Position numbers and translations under genes: made by a program. This document shows, in pieces, positions 1-11,189 of a stretch of DNA of 64,000 nucleotides. How positions within the stretch are numbered: the first letter of the stretch is position 1; every line of letters begins with the position of its first letter. The stretch is from assembly GCA_001949185.1 (NCBI GenBank), contig BDGG01000001.1:8499018-8563017 (forward strand), given 5' to 3'. Under the pieces are notes generated by a model that worked only from the letters and a program-made list of their open reading frames with translations, did no database searches and was not told the DNA's origin. Source of the DNA: Ramazzottius varieornatus. Its lineage: Eukaryota; Animalia; Tardigrada.

Positions 1-37
1 AATGAAAAAAGGTTATGAAGGTTGAAAGTTTTGACTA

Positions 38-203
38 GACACGTGGGGCACAGTACATCTTATTTTCCAGCTTTTATCAACCGATAAGGTTGCGCTAATG
101 CACTGGGTAACGACAAAATCCGATCATACAAGTAGTTGTTTTTTTCACCGATAAAGAGGGGTGATAAAAGCTGGAAAATAAGATGTACTGTGCCCCACGT
201 GTC
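38..203. repeat. Small foldback/MITE-like element with perfect 42-bp inverted repeats
   Basis: 38-79 GACACGTGGGGCACAGTACATCTTATTTTCCAGCTTTTATCA is the exact reverse complement of 162-203. Confidence 0.8.
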
Positions 204-242
204 CTTCAGCTCGTCGCGATCTATTTCCATTCAGCTCGTCGG

Positions 243-696
243 GATCTATCGATCTGCATCAGCTGTTTTCCCGGTGAAAAACTCCAGCCCTGAGGGTGAG
301 ACCACCCCGCAAGGGGTTTCTGACTTCCTGTACCACAAAGCAGCACTGAACCTCGCTTCGCTGGGTTCAGCACTGTTCTTACGCGTGACCCGCTGCGCCG
401 CTCGCAAACCCTCACCACCCACACGACCCCTCTAACCCCTCTAGCCGCTCGCTGCAAACCTGATCACAGTATGGCCCTTGATCAACCGATCAAAACAACG
501 GTTCCGCTTCGACTGACAAGTGTCACGTCAAAGAGGTCGCGTTATAGCGATGAAAGCAAGCGGTACCTCGCTTCGCTCGGTCCCGCATGCTTTCATCACT
601 ACCGGTATAACGCCTCCTGTGCCTTCCAATTTCAAGTTCACCCCTTCGCACGGGGAGTCATTTTCCGGGAAAACGGCTGATGTAGATCGATAGAGC
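243..696. mobile_element. MITE-like element with imperfect terminal inverted repeats
   Basis: GATCTATCGATCTGCATCAGCTGTTTTCCCGG at about 243 pairs with CCGGGAAAACGGCTGATGTAGATCGATAGAGC ending at about 696. Internal CCTCGCTTCGCT motifs occur at about 351 and 567. Confidence 0.6.
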
Positions 697-1354
697 TCAT
701 TGAGGTCTATCGAGTGGACATGCTAGGGGCGAAAAAAGATTCTCCCGGTATATTCGGATATCACCTGGGTAGCAGGTCCAAAAGTAAGCTGCAACTGTGC
801 TGCGCACGTCAACAGATCGCTCTGCGCTGTGCTGTGCTACACAACTTACATGCTCAGTGGCTAGGCAGCAGCGCAGCGCATGCACATCGACCTGGTGCAA
901 CTGCGCGACACGCTGGTGTGCTAACGTCGTTTGTAATTTTGTCAGCAAAATCGGTATTCAACTTGGAAAACGTAGCTTCGAAGTACGGCAAAGCTGAAAT
1001 GCCTCAAGTTCGAATGCCCGAAACTCCGATTTTTCTAAAGTTTCGATAATGTGGTTCTGCGCGGCAGTCTTCGGGTCCCTTCTGGATGCTGTGCTGTGCT
1101 GAACAAATTGGTCAATTTGCGCGCTGTAACTGTGTTGCAGCACGCACAGCTGCGCTGCAGTACACCGCATGCGCCCGGACTCCGCGCTCTAAGTTGCGCC
1201 TTCCGGTTTCGACTTGTTGAAAACGATCGAAAGTTATATTTCCACCCTATTCTGAAAGCACCAAATCGTGGCGGTTGCAGGTGTGAATTAGACAACCAAT
1301 TTTCAAATTCCGCACTACCAAACAACTCTGTGCACCGCCATTTCATAGACCGAG

Positions 1355-2812
1355 TGCAGCCGGCGCAATCATATCTTTGTCTCCTTCGGCGCCATCCTCG
1401 TTAGGTGCTATCATTCGGCGTAATTATCGCCATCGCCGGCGCAATCATCGCCCTCTCCGGCAAACTTGTCGCCCACAAGGCGCAGAAGTGGTTTTGTGAC
1501 AGAGAGCGAAACACAGCAGCTCATTTTGCCATAATGTCAAGTCTTGCGCTCAGAAAAATCCGCACGATGCCCGCATGAACTCGCGCATTCATGAGGTGTT
1601 TTGTAGTGTATGGTGCGCCACAATGCGGAACATCGAACATTCAACCCTCGGCAGAATCATCGCTTTCTCCGTTTGCCATAGCAATGCGTGAGCTCGCACG
1701 AAGCAAATCGTAGGGACAAGCCGTTCTTGTGAATACACTCTGTGATCTGAAGCATGGAGTTCCTTTCCGACTGATGTACAGCCTCTAGGCAGATTTTTGG
1801 AGTCCAGAAGGGAGAAATATTTCGGATCCAATCCACTAATTCGCGTTTCGAAGAAAATCAGGTAGTAACGCTTCACACCTTCAGTTGCTTCTCACAGATT
1901 GCTGTTGAATCCGTAACTACAGTAGTCAAACAAATTGCTGATTTTTGAATCCTGAGATGATTCCTCGACATCAGAAATAACGAGCAGAGATAAAACTAAG
2001 CTGCATGCCTGGCTGTTCTGGAGCTATACCGTGCTTCTTTCGGGCTGTGTGGTACGAGATGCGACAATCTCGGCGAAAAGCCATGATCACGCCGAAGGCA
2101 TGGCGCGCTTCGCACTGTAACATGCGCCACAGATGCGCGAGTCAACACGGGAAGCGTGCATGAATTTTACGCAAGTGACTCGCCATTGCATTCGGATTTC
2201 CCTCTGATGGTGTGCTCATTTGTCATGAAGCGATGATTGTGCCGTAAGTACAGTTACGGTCACGGGTAATCGTACGACAATGGTTTTTGTTTGCTTGCTT
2301 GTATCTTCTGACCCCGTAGTCCGATTTCGACCATTCGAACACCATCATGTAGAACACACGTTTTACTCTCCCATCACGTGACCGTCCAGTCAGTAGTACA
2401 ATCAATCAATTAGTGAGCAATTAGGTCCGGACAAGGAAATAAGGGTTATTTTGCGCTGCTGATCTCTCGTCACGTGACAGTTTTATGGGAAAGTCTTAAC
2501 AGCCAAAAATTTAGGCCAAGCATTATTGTATCGACTACCGCATACGAGATCTCCAAAAGAAATTTTGCAAAAAAGTTTCCTTGTCCGGACCTAATTGCTC
2601 ACTAATTGATTGATTGTACTACTGACTGGACGGTCACGTGATGGGAGAGTAATACGGTGTTCGAATGGTCGAAATCGGACTACGAGGTCAGAAGATACAA
2701 GCAAACAATTACGGTTGTCGTACGATTACCCGTGACCGTGACTGTATGTGGCCCCGGCAGACTAGTTGTTTCGTCGCCTTGTTGCCGTAAAGCTATGATC
2801 GCGCCGGCTACA
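1355..2812. mobile_element. Older non-autonomous element with about 24-bp inverted ends, hosting the Tc1-type MITE
   Basis: 1355-1378 TGCAGCCGGCGCAATCATATCTTT matches the reverse complement of 2789-2812 (TGTAGCCGGCGCGATCATAGCTTT) at 21/24 positions. Degenerate CGGCGCAATCATCGCC sub-repeats lie at 1360-1475. Confidence 0.45.
2251..2744. mobile_element. Tc1/mariner-type MITE with long TIRs
   Basis: Ends read TA|CAGTTACGGTCACGGG ... CCCGTGACCGTGACTG|TA. Inverted arms are about 2251-2439 and 2576-2744, with TA on both flanks. Confidence 0.85.
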
Positions 2813-3285
2813 ACCGTGCACAGGCGTAATGAGTCTATCACAGTGACCTACGTAACTCATTGTCCAGGTTCCCACTACCGAGTCAGAGGATATTTGGCAT
2901 CATCCCGCGCTTTTTCCCCCCGGATTTTCTAACCACGCAATTAAGCGAGGAGCACTTAGGCAGATTGATTACGGGAGGGATGGGTTTATCTCTGCTGTTG
3001 TTTTAAAGCTGTTCTCAGGTTAGCGTTCCTGACAAATCAATCGAAAGTTGTTTCAACTGCAGTTTTTCCACGTATTACTCCATGGGCGTTAACGTTTCGA
3101 TCGAGTCCGAGCGTGACCGACACGACCATGGACAGTATTGCTGGGCTTCTAGCTGACGGGCCCGCTCTTTATGAACAGAGGTACTGCCCGTAGTAAGCTC
3201 GCTTCCGTTAGCTATTACAGCTAACGGAAAGACATGCGGCTCTCCAAAAGAAATATGTCGGTTGTACAAACTTACGTTCTTGCAG

Positions 3286-3938
3286 TAAAACGAAAGCAAA
3301 TAGCACCACGAAGACAGTCACCTGTCCGGCGACGCCCTTCCCGAAGAAGATCGCCACTACAGACAACTATAGCCGCAATCGGTTCGAACAAACCGAACAA
3401 AACAACTCCCGCAATCAAGCACCGGAAAATCTCGGTCCCAAAAACAGCGAAGATGTCAGAAACAACAGCTCTGCAAGCACCGTCGTCCCCGACGCCCGCA
3501 ACACCACGTCGCGGGCTGACGTCTCCGACACTTCATCTAATAAGAGCAACAGTCCGCAAAACAACACGACGCAACGTAAAGGTTAATATTTTTGTGTTCG
3601 GCGAGAAGTCGTAAAAATTACGCAGTACACCCGCCACACGCGTAACGTATGCCACAAGACTCCCGCACCACAGAATTACAATGGACAGAACGCAGCATAG
3701 ACATGATCCTCAGACCTGTGTGAACTTGCTGTAGGATAGACAGCAGCTAGCACGATGCCTTTGTCACCGTAGCAGAGAGACAACATTGGGCTGTCGAACA
3801 TGTGTGGACTTGTTCGACACATGGTCATCTGTAGACGAATGGTCTCGTGTGGAAGACCACATGTTGAAAAACTCACGCACGGCCTCGTTCCAAAGCTCGA
3901 TGTTGGATCTACGCTACAGTGGCAGAGCACTGTGCTAA
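3286..3938 (+). CDS. Possible spliced gene fragment: basic S/T/P-rich exon plus Cys-containing exon, product unknown
   Basis: Acceptor TTCTTGCAG at 3285, donor AAG|GTTAAT at 3582 and acceptor TGTAG at 3734 join in phase 0 (…TTRRNVK/DRQQLARCLCHR…RALC*). No start exon or family recognised. Confidence 0.3.
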
Positions 3939-4281
3939 ACTTCATTTCACGAACTCAATACTTTTGGCCATTACGGGCGGAAAGTGTGAGTGCACGTCTA
4001 GCCTCAAACTCCGTTCTGTGTACACATTTGTCCATCATGGCGGTTATTTGGTAGGGGAAAGGATCAAGTACTTTCAGTCTGCAGAATACTTCTGGGGAAA
4101 ATTCTCTCTTTCGGTGGCGCGTCTAGAGGCCAGTGACTCTACTGAAGTGACATCAAACTTCAATAGAATAGGGCGGGTGCAGGCTGAGTCACTAGGCGCA
4201 AAACGTCGCACGCTCCATGTTCGACCGTATCACAATGCTCAGAGAATAAAAACCGCTTGACCCAGTACCTGCATAAACCAC

Positions 4282-4527
4282 GCCGAAAAAGTTTTCCTTT
4301 AAAGATAGCCGGGAGCAAGTCTGGCGCGACAGACTAACACCATACTATCTTTAAGAGCACCTGGGAACTTTTTACCATTCTTGGTCGACAAGTACCTGAA
4401 ACTCAAGGGGTTTTCGTCAACCAAGTACGAGGAAAAGGGTTCAGGTGCTGTTGCACTAGCTAAATGTCTGTGTCAGTCTGTCGCGCCAGACTTGCTCCCT
4501 GCTGATTTTAAAGAAAAACATTCGGCC
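4282..4527. repeat. Foldback/MITE-like hairpin
   Basis: GGGAGCAAGTCTGGCGCGACAGACT (4311-4335) pairs perfectly with 4475-4499, and imperfect pairing extends on both sides. Confidence 0.7.
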
Positions 4528-5241
4528 CGAGCAGTTTGTACCGACCGGAGCCGACGATTCGGGACGTGACGTCAGGTTCACAGTTCGAATCCTTTTCTAT
4601 TAGGCGAATTTTTACGACAAAAATGTGCCCATGGGACACGCCTAGATTTATTGATTTGGTCTACCGAGAGTCACGTGTTCTTTGACGTCAATTTCGGTTT
4701 TCCATAAGAAGTTTGAATAAATGAAGCTGGATCAGTGTGAAGGGCGTTGCGAATTTCTGAATGTTGATAAGGGGGTGGCCAGATAAATATAGGGTTCAAT
4801 GTAATGCGCTCCCGTTCCGTATAGCTCCAGCTCGAATACGTAGTGTGTAATTACGGTCGATCGCAGGGCCGAACACCAAATCATCACCCTTACGTTCGCT
4901 GTCTTAGCGGTTTTACCAACGGAACACGCCTGCGATCTGCTGCAACGTAAAAACAAAGATACGAATTTACAGGTGTGTCATTGCAAACTATGTTCTAAAA
5001 ACCTAGAAAAACATTCAGCCTCATTTTCCAAATATTGCCGTTCACAGTTGTAAATTTCTTCATAATCTGACATGCAGGACATGTAAGAGGGACACGTTAC
5101 TGATGAGTTCTATTTGTTCATCACTTTCATCAAATCAAGTATTAGCCGAACGGAAGCAGCCAGAGACTAGCCAGAGACCACACCCAGTTTTGACCAGTCC
5201 ACCTTTTGTCGTCAGTCGGAAGTAAACTCGTTTTGCTCTAG

Positions 5242-6130
5242 CGGTATTTCTCAATGATCGCACTGACCAGAATGGAGTGGAACTACAAAACGGTACCCTG
5301 GTCCCAATTAAGGCTTTCGAAATTCGGAAAGTTAACCACGTATAAGTACACGAGGAAGACGTTGCAAAGTTACAGTCTGGTGCCGGAGTTGTAAAGTTAG
5401 CCGCTGGATACCAGAAATGAACCGTCGAACGACTATGCTTTCTAGGATGCGGCTAACTTCACAACGTCGGTATACGCCGGCGAACTTTGTCACCTTACCT
5501 GACACAGTTGTTTTGAAACCAACGTAGAATTATCCACGATTGGTTTAAAACTCCGCTTGCACTGCAAAAAGTACATGCCAATAACGGATTTCTTCGTCGT
5601 TAAACACGATCCTCTGCTCAGTGACTTTATAATGGAACGCTGTGGACGTGCAACTCCCGTTACGAGCACGAGCCGTCCACACGGAAACCTTATCGTGTAC
5701 GAGCCGTTCACACGAAAAACAATATTTGAGTTGAACAACGACGACGTGAAGTGAATAGATCAGAACACAATCGGTCGGTACTCAGATAATTTCATTTTGC
5801 CATGTCTTTTTAGTTTCGAAGTCATTGCACGCATTGGACGAGTCTTCGACAATGGTTGGAACAATGAAACGTCGTCAGGTCGGAAAATCACGTTTATGCT
5901 GTCAAACGACACTGGATCTGCACGCGGGATAATTTGGGACAATCACGACAAATTTGCGACCAATATGCGACAAGACACCGTGTGAAAATACACAACCCAC
6001 GATTTTTTCTCTTAGTGTGAATAATCGCTCTGAAGCCGTGAAACAATCGTCGTTACGCGGAAAGAGGGTCAGAACCACTTGCTAGGCGTACAAACAGTGC
6101 AAACCTCTCATACACTGTCTACCACAAGCG
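5242..6130 (+). pseudogene. Spliced RPA70-like multi-OB-fold ssDNA-binding protein pseudogene
   Basis: Exons 5242-5390, 5446-5750 and 5814-~6130 are joined by phase-compatible GT-AG introns. The last module TIFELNNDDVN/FEVIARIGRVFD…GRKITFMLSNDTGSARGIIWDNHDKF follows the RPA1 OB pattern (I.EL…W.I.ARV…GK.F.F.L.D..G.IRA..F….DKF). In-frame stops at 5343, 5500 and 5983. Confidence 0.55.
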
Positions 6131-6423
6131 TTTGACCCCCCAGTCTCTCATTAAAAAATTTGCATCTTTCGTTCGAGTAGACTGATTGTAATATTTCTAA
6201 CTGCGAGATCATGAAAAGATTTTTTTTCTCTCGGATCACGTGACTTTTGACAGAAACGATCGACAAATAAATTGGCACGCTCCAGGTTGCCGACGTTCAA
6301 AACTCATCCGTTTTTTGTTGCCGACCACTTCTGTCGACCCCTTTTTCCCGTTTCCCCAGGTTCCCGACGTTGAAAACTCATCCGAAGATAAGAATGTTTG
6401 AATGAGAGACTAGGGGGGTCAAA
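6131..6423. mobile_element. MITE-like element with TIRs and an internal 29-bp direct repeat
   Basis: TTTGACCCCCCAGTCTCTCATT at 6131 pairs with AATGAGAGACTAGGGGGGTCAAA ending at 6423. Direct repeat at 6282-6310 and 6356-6384. Confidence 0.65.
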
Positions 6424-6494
6424 GACTTCTAGTAGACAGTGTAAGAAGTGGAAGGATCATGCGGAGTTTTTCAAAGATGATGCTCAGCCAGGGT

Positions 6495-9395
6495 ATATCT
6501 TCGTCTGTGCTCAGGTCAAACTGGCAGACAAAACGAATCTTATTCCATTCCGACAATTTTTCGGTAGTCCAAATCTGGGCAAAGTGTACGTCACCAAATT
6601 TCGCAATCATAACTGTGATACGGCGCATCTATTTCGAGCAGCAAGCAACAATTTCACGCTGAGGATAACGCATTTTAGTGGCGTCGATAATACATTGGCT
6701 GATGCCTTATCTAGATTCGACAACGCGCGATTCTTCGAAAATCGTCCCAAGGCCAGCAGCGAGCCGATATTGGTAGACAACGTCCTAGATTTTCTACGGG
6801 AGATTATGCTAGAACCAGGAAACTTTTCGAGCTCGATGCAAGATCGCGGGAACTCGTCGGTAAGCGACTGGCTCCCACTTCCAGAAGAGGTTACCGAAGT
6901 GGATTTGAGCGACTTCGCTCTTTCTGTTTGAGTCATCGTCTCCCTTATCTACCTACGGATCGCCCAACGATCAGACGGTTCGTTCTATGGTTAGATAGCG
7001 AAGGGCTAAGTGGGAAAACAGCGACATTTTACGTTGCCGGAGTGCGTTCTAAACAACTAGAGAACAGTTTTGAGGATCCCTGTAAGAACGATCAGTACTT
7101 TACGATGATGCTGAAAAGCCCGACTACCAAACCCGTCCAGATAGTTACAAGAGGAAACCTTTAACGATAGACCATTTACGACAACTCAAATTGGACACAT
7201 TCGGATCTCGTACAGCTCGTCACGACCAACTAGTGCTGTGGTCGGCTTTTACCATGGCCTTCTACGGAATGCTACGTGTGTCCGAATACACCAGTTCGAA
7301 GGAAACAAGCTCTGACAAATCGAACCTGGATTTCGTCCAAGTATGTTTGCGGCGGGATAAACCCATCAAAAAAAAAACAGGAGCTTGTTTTGCGAGAAAA
7401 TTAAAATATGAAATATGGGCTGGTCATACATTGAAATTTCTTCTTTTAAATATCTCGCTTCTTGGCCCATGCTTCCTTTGTGGCGTCGTCCACTTGGTTG
7501 GTCGGTTTGACTCCTCTCGAATGGCTGGTCGAACGCAGCCCTGTCAAGAATATTGCAATCATAACGCTACCGTACCACTTAAGTGGTCGAAATTAATTTT
7601 ATTCACAAACCTGATTTTTGTTTTGCCAACATGTTCGTGTATCAATCTTCAGAACGAACTTTACTGCTTTCACGAGGGCTATCACGGTCTGCAATGAGCA
7701 TTGTCAGTAAACAATTTTGTCACTCATCCTATTAGAATTATCAAGTTTACTAACATTTCTCCTTGCTGGGCGAATACTCGTTTTCCGTGAAATTTTCCGG
7801 ATCATATAACTCCTCTTCGGCGTACTCTTCTGTTCCGGTTGATAATTTATCAACAGCAATACTGCGGTCTGCGGTTGTATCACGGAAATATGAAGCGGAT
7901 GGACCAGGACTGTGGACTGTTGTCACTTCGGAAGAATGAACAGAGCTTGTAGGAGAGAGAAGACGTCCGTCCACTGGCTTCGAGACTGCAGACCCTTCAT
8001 AGTCAAAGACAGGGGATGAGGATCGTTTATTCATGGACTTTGGCCGGAAAAGAGAACGACGGGGCATCTTTGTTGTCGAATGTTGTGACTGTAGGTCAGT
8101 GTCTTCTTCCTCCATTTGGTCGCTGCTGGTGTGCAGAGGAGATGCACTCTTGTGCCATTCTTTCCTTGCTCTTTGATTGACAAGACGACTGCGTTTGGAC
8201 CTCATCTCTTGCTCTTTCTTCTAGCAGCAGTCTTTTTCCCTTTCTTCGGTGCCTTTTTGAGCTTCTTGTTAAGGGAAAGAGGAAACAGAAAGTGGGTCAC
8301 GAGCGGAACGTATCAATAACATGGGATTTTGGTAGCCAGTCTGTATTGAATTTTCGTAAATATCTGGCTAAAAGATCTGTTCATTCTATAGTGGCCATAC
8401 CTTGTTCTTTCGGTCCTCTTCGAGCACAGTGAACTATCGCTCCATGTCTCTGAAGCTATCTCCCACCGCGTAGACGGTGGCTTTGGACTTGTTGAAGGCA
8501 GCAGTCCAAAACAGACGAAGCTTCATTCCTGGCTCAAGCGCTTTCTTATGCCGCTGCTTCTCCTTGATGTCTTCATCGTGTCTTTCTAAAATCTTGTCCG
8601 GAAAGATTTTGCTTGGTGGAAGGAGGTGGTAGTAGTCATCGTCGTACGGGAATATGACCGTCACTAGAACAACAAGCCCTAGTTCGATTGTTATTAAAAA
8701 CAGGATTGCCGCATAAAAAGAAAGAGAGAAACTTACGGCCAGCATCCCGTGTTCGAGTCAGATGGCTAAGGAAGGCTTTAAGTGTTCATCGGGACAACGT
8801 ATGCTGACTCTGTACAGCATATAATTAACGTGTGCTCTATTTCTCTTCCAGAAATTCCTCCAACTGCAGAAGTCAGAAAAACTCCCTCATAACACGAGTA
8901 CGACACGTGGGGCATGATTGAGCAAATAGCCATGGTTATCATATGGTTTTTTCCACTCAAATGCATTTTTACGCTTTGGGTTTACCAGTAAGTTTGCTCA
9001 GCATTTACTTATTAACATTCAATTTGCATTTATCGTCAACTGTCTGCATATTAGGCCATTAGCAATGTCCTGAAACTTGCCCATAAAGCGTTATGTAGAT
9101 ACCTCGTCAAATTACCGATCGCTAGGGCATGGAGCAGATTAGAGCTATGGGCAGATGGAACATCAATGTTTCCAATCGCTACGTCCGACCAAACATGGTC
9201 TCCTTAACCCAGACTATGCAGCGAATATCAGGTTTTTTCTAATGAGCCCTCGCTTGGGGTCCGTGTTTGGGACTGTGCGAAGGCTGGGCAAATGGTTTGC
9301 ACAATTGTTTATGTCCGCTCACCTTGGCAGTTTACCCTCATTTACCCCAAGTACTTTCCGTGTTCGTTTCGTAATCAAGGAAAGTCCAGGTGTCA
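6495..9395 (+). mobile_element. 5'-truncated, interrupted Ngaro-type retrotransposon relic (same family as 25533-29550)
   Basis: 6495-7365 aligns with about 28130-29035 (RNase H end and recombinase N-half). 9128-9395 aligns with about 29282-29549 (recombinase end and 3' end). Frameshifts and stops are present, with a foreign 1.75-kb segment between the two parts. Confidence 0.9.
7420..8745 (-). pseudogene. Spliced gene fragment inside the Ngaro relic; N-terminal domain resembles those of BEN-domain/transposon accessory proteins, followed by K/S/E-rich low-complexity exons
   Basis: VTVIFPYDDDYYHLLPPSKIFP…GMKLRLFWTAAFNKSKATVYAVGDS followed by a GTATGG donor near 8400, then the S/E-rich ORF 7750-8205. 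Internal stops are present. The family assignment is tentative. Confidence 0.35.
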
Positions 9396-11189
9396 AAGAG
9401 AGTTAACGCCGCAGGTGTTACACTACCGTTGACGCCATTTTGGGTTTTCTCTCATCACAAAATAGTAATTTCACTAGGTTGCCATGTGCATCACAAGTAG
9501 CTCACACGTCTAAATTTATAGATGGAGTTGGTCGTCCTGTCACAAAGTGAGCGCGTCAGCTTTTTATGCTTCCGAGCGTTTTGTCCGAGCTTTTTTACGT
9601 CAGATTTAGCCAACTCTTTCAAATGGCAAACTCCCGACCAGAGACTCCCAAAGCGGCTGTACCTGTGGGATTTCGCGATGGTCCCAGTGGGCGAAGTCGA
9701 TATGGGTCCGAATATCCGGTTGGCCCTGACGACAGTCAACCTCCTACCACGACCCTGGAGGTACCTCTCGCTGAAAGACTTCGTTCGGCACTGAAAGTCG
9801 TCCCGCGCGCAGTCAGTGTGGATCGCGTTCTGGAGTTTTTCCCGGTCTTCGACCTGCTGAATCAAGGAATCTACTCGAACTCTTCCGACGCACATATGAG
9901 TATCGGCGGCCTAGTATTCCAGCGATGACCTTCGACATGCTTGAACCTGCTGTTACAATAGAAGTCGCTCCTCTCAGGAGGCTTCCTTGTTAACTGCTAT
10001 CCCGCACTTGAACGTAGGTTCTGTAACGATTTAGCCTTCGCTGTTCGAGAGTTTCCGTCGTCGATGCGCGACCTATCGGTCCGGTTATGCTGCCGACCTC
10101 CGAAGGGGATCGGGAAGTCATTAAAAAGACGAACGAAGTTGTTTCGTAGTTGGATAAGCAGAAAGAACGGTCTGTAGCTTATAGCTTACGGTGCACTCAG
10201 TAAGGCACAATTGAGCGAGGTTCACACTGCGCTGGTAAATCAGAGCAGCCTTTCATATGGTCATTGGGACAGAAGCAGCAGAAAATTCTACCAGTACAAG
10301 CAGGAACTCGAACTAAGGCCGAGGCATCAAAAAGTGACGCGCAGTTCCTGGCCGTGGCTTGGTTGCCGCAAAAGGATATTCTGAAGCAGGAAGCAATACA
10401 GGTCTTTGTTAGACATTGTGTATGGAACAGTACTTTGGAAGGTTTGTCGTGCGGCGTAACTATTATGGCCTGGCTGATGCTCGGAGACCAGCACGGGAAC
10501 GCGGATGTGGTGGAAAAGCCGGGTTGTGGAGTGAAGCTGTGGAATTTGAAGCAACTGGCACAATGGAGTAATCCCCTTGGTGAGAATGAGTACTTCAGAA
10601 AGCGCAAGAGATGGCTGATGAAACCAAAAACCAGCAGTTACTGGCAAGGATTTCTGCAAACCAGAACAATAATCAATCCATTCGTCCATCCATTAATTGT
10701 AAATAACCGAACGAAATATGTCCTCTGCGAGCAAGATTTTATTGTTTTAAATGTTGCGCCAGTTATTCATGCACACCGCATTACGTCATATGTTACTCTA
10801 AACGTTTTACAGTGCATCGACCAGAAATTTCGAGCACGATTGCACAATCATTCAGTACCTATTTGGAAGCAAAACGTTTGACAGTCTTCATTATTCTATT
10901 TGCTACATTTGTTCGCTTTTGAGCCTTGATCACATTCCGGTCATCGGCAGCGGCGCCAATGCTTATCCTTAACGGTTCGCGCAATTCAATACTACTATGT
11001 ACAGTAAATCGTAACCGTGTCACGCATCTACCGTAGATACAGGCCACGTCGTCAGGTCTTAATGCCCTGCTATTTATGCATACCAAGTCTGCCATGTCGG
11101 TGTTTCGCGGTTGGATCAGCCACCAAAGTTTCCATCTCACGATATTGTACGCTTCTTCAACATTCTCGTAGCAACATATAGTATCTCAG

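Noticed and set aside
780-1190. Cys/Ala-rich ORFs on both strands
   Set aside because: They arise from degenerate GCTGT/GCGCA repeats, not from recognisable coding sequence.
4565-4592. tRNA/SINE-like GTTCGAATCC box
   Set aside because: No A box or cloverleaf around it.
6282-6384. CRISPR-like repeat-spacer-repeat (29-bp direct repeats)
   Set aside because: Only two copies, inside a MITE, in a eukaryotic context with no cas genes.
7366-9125. Helitron interpretation of the insert (TC start, CTAG near the end)
   Set aside because: No A|T target and no clear subterminal hairpin.
9491-10881. ORFs of 120-205 aa between the Ngaro relic and the ATPase as further module genes
   Set aside because: No motif recognised in any frame. 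Worth an HHpred run but unsupported as it stands.
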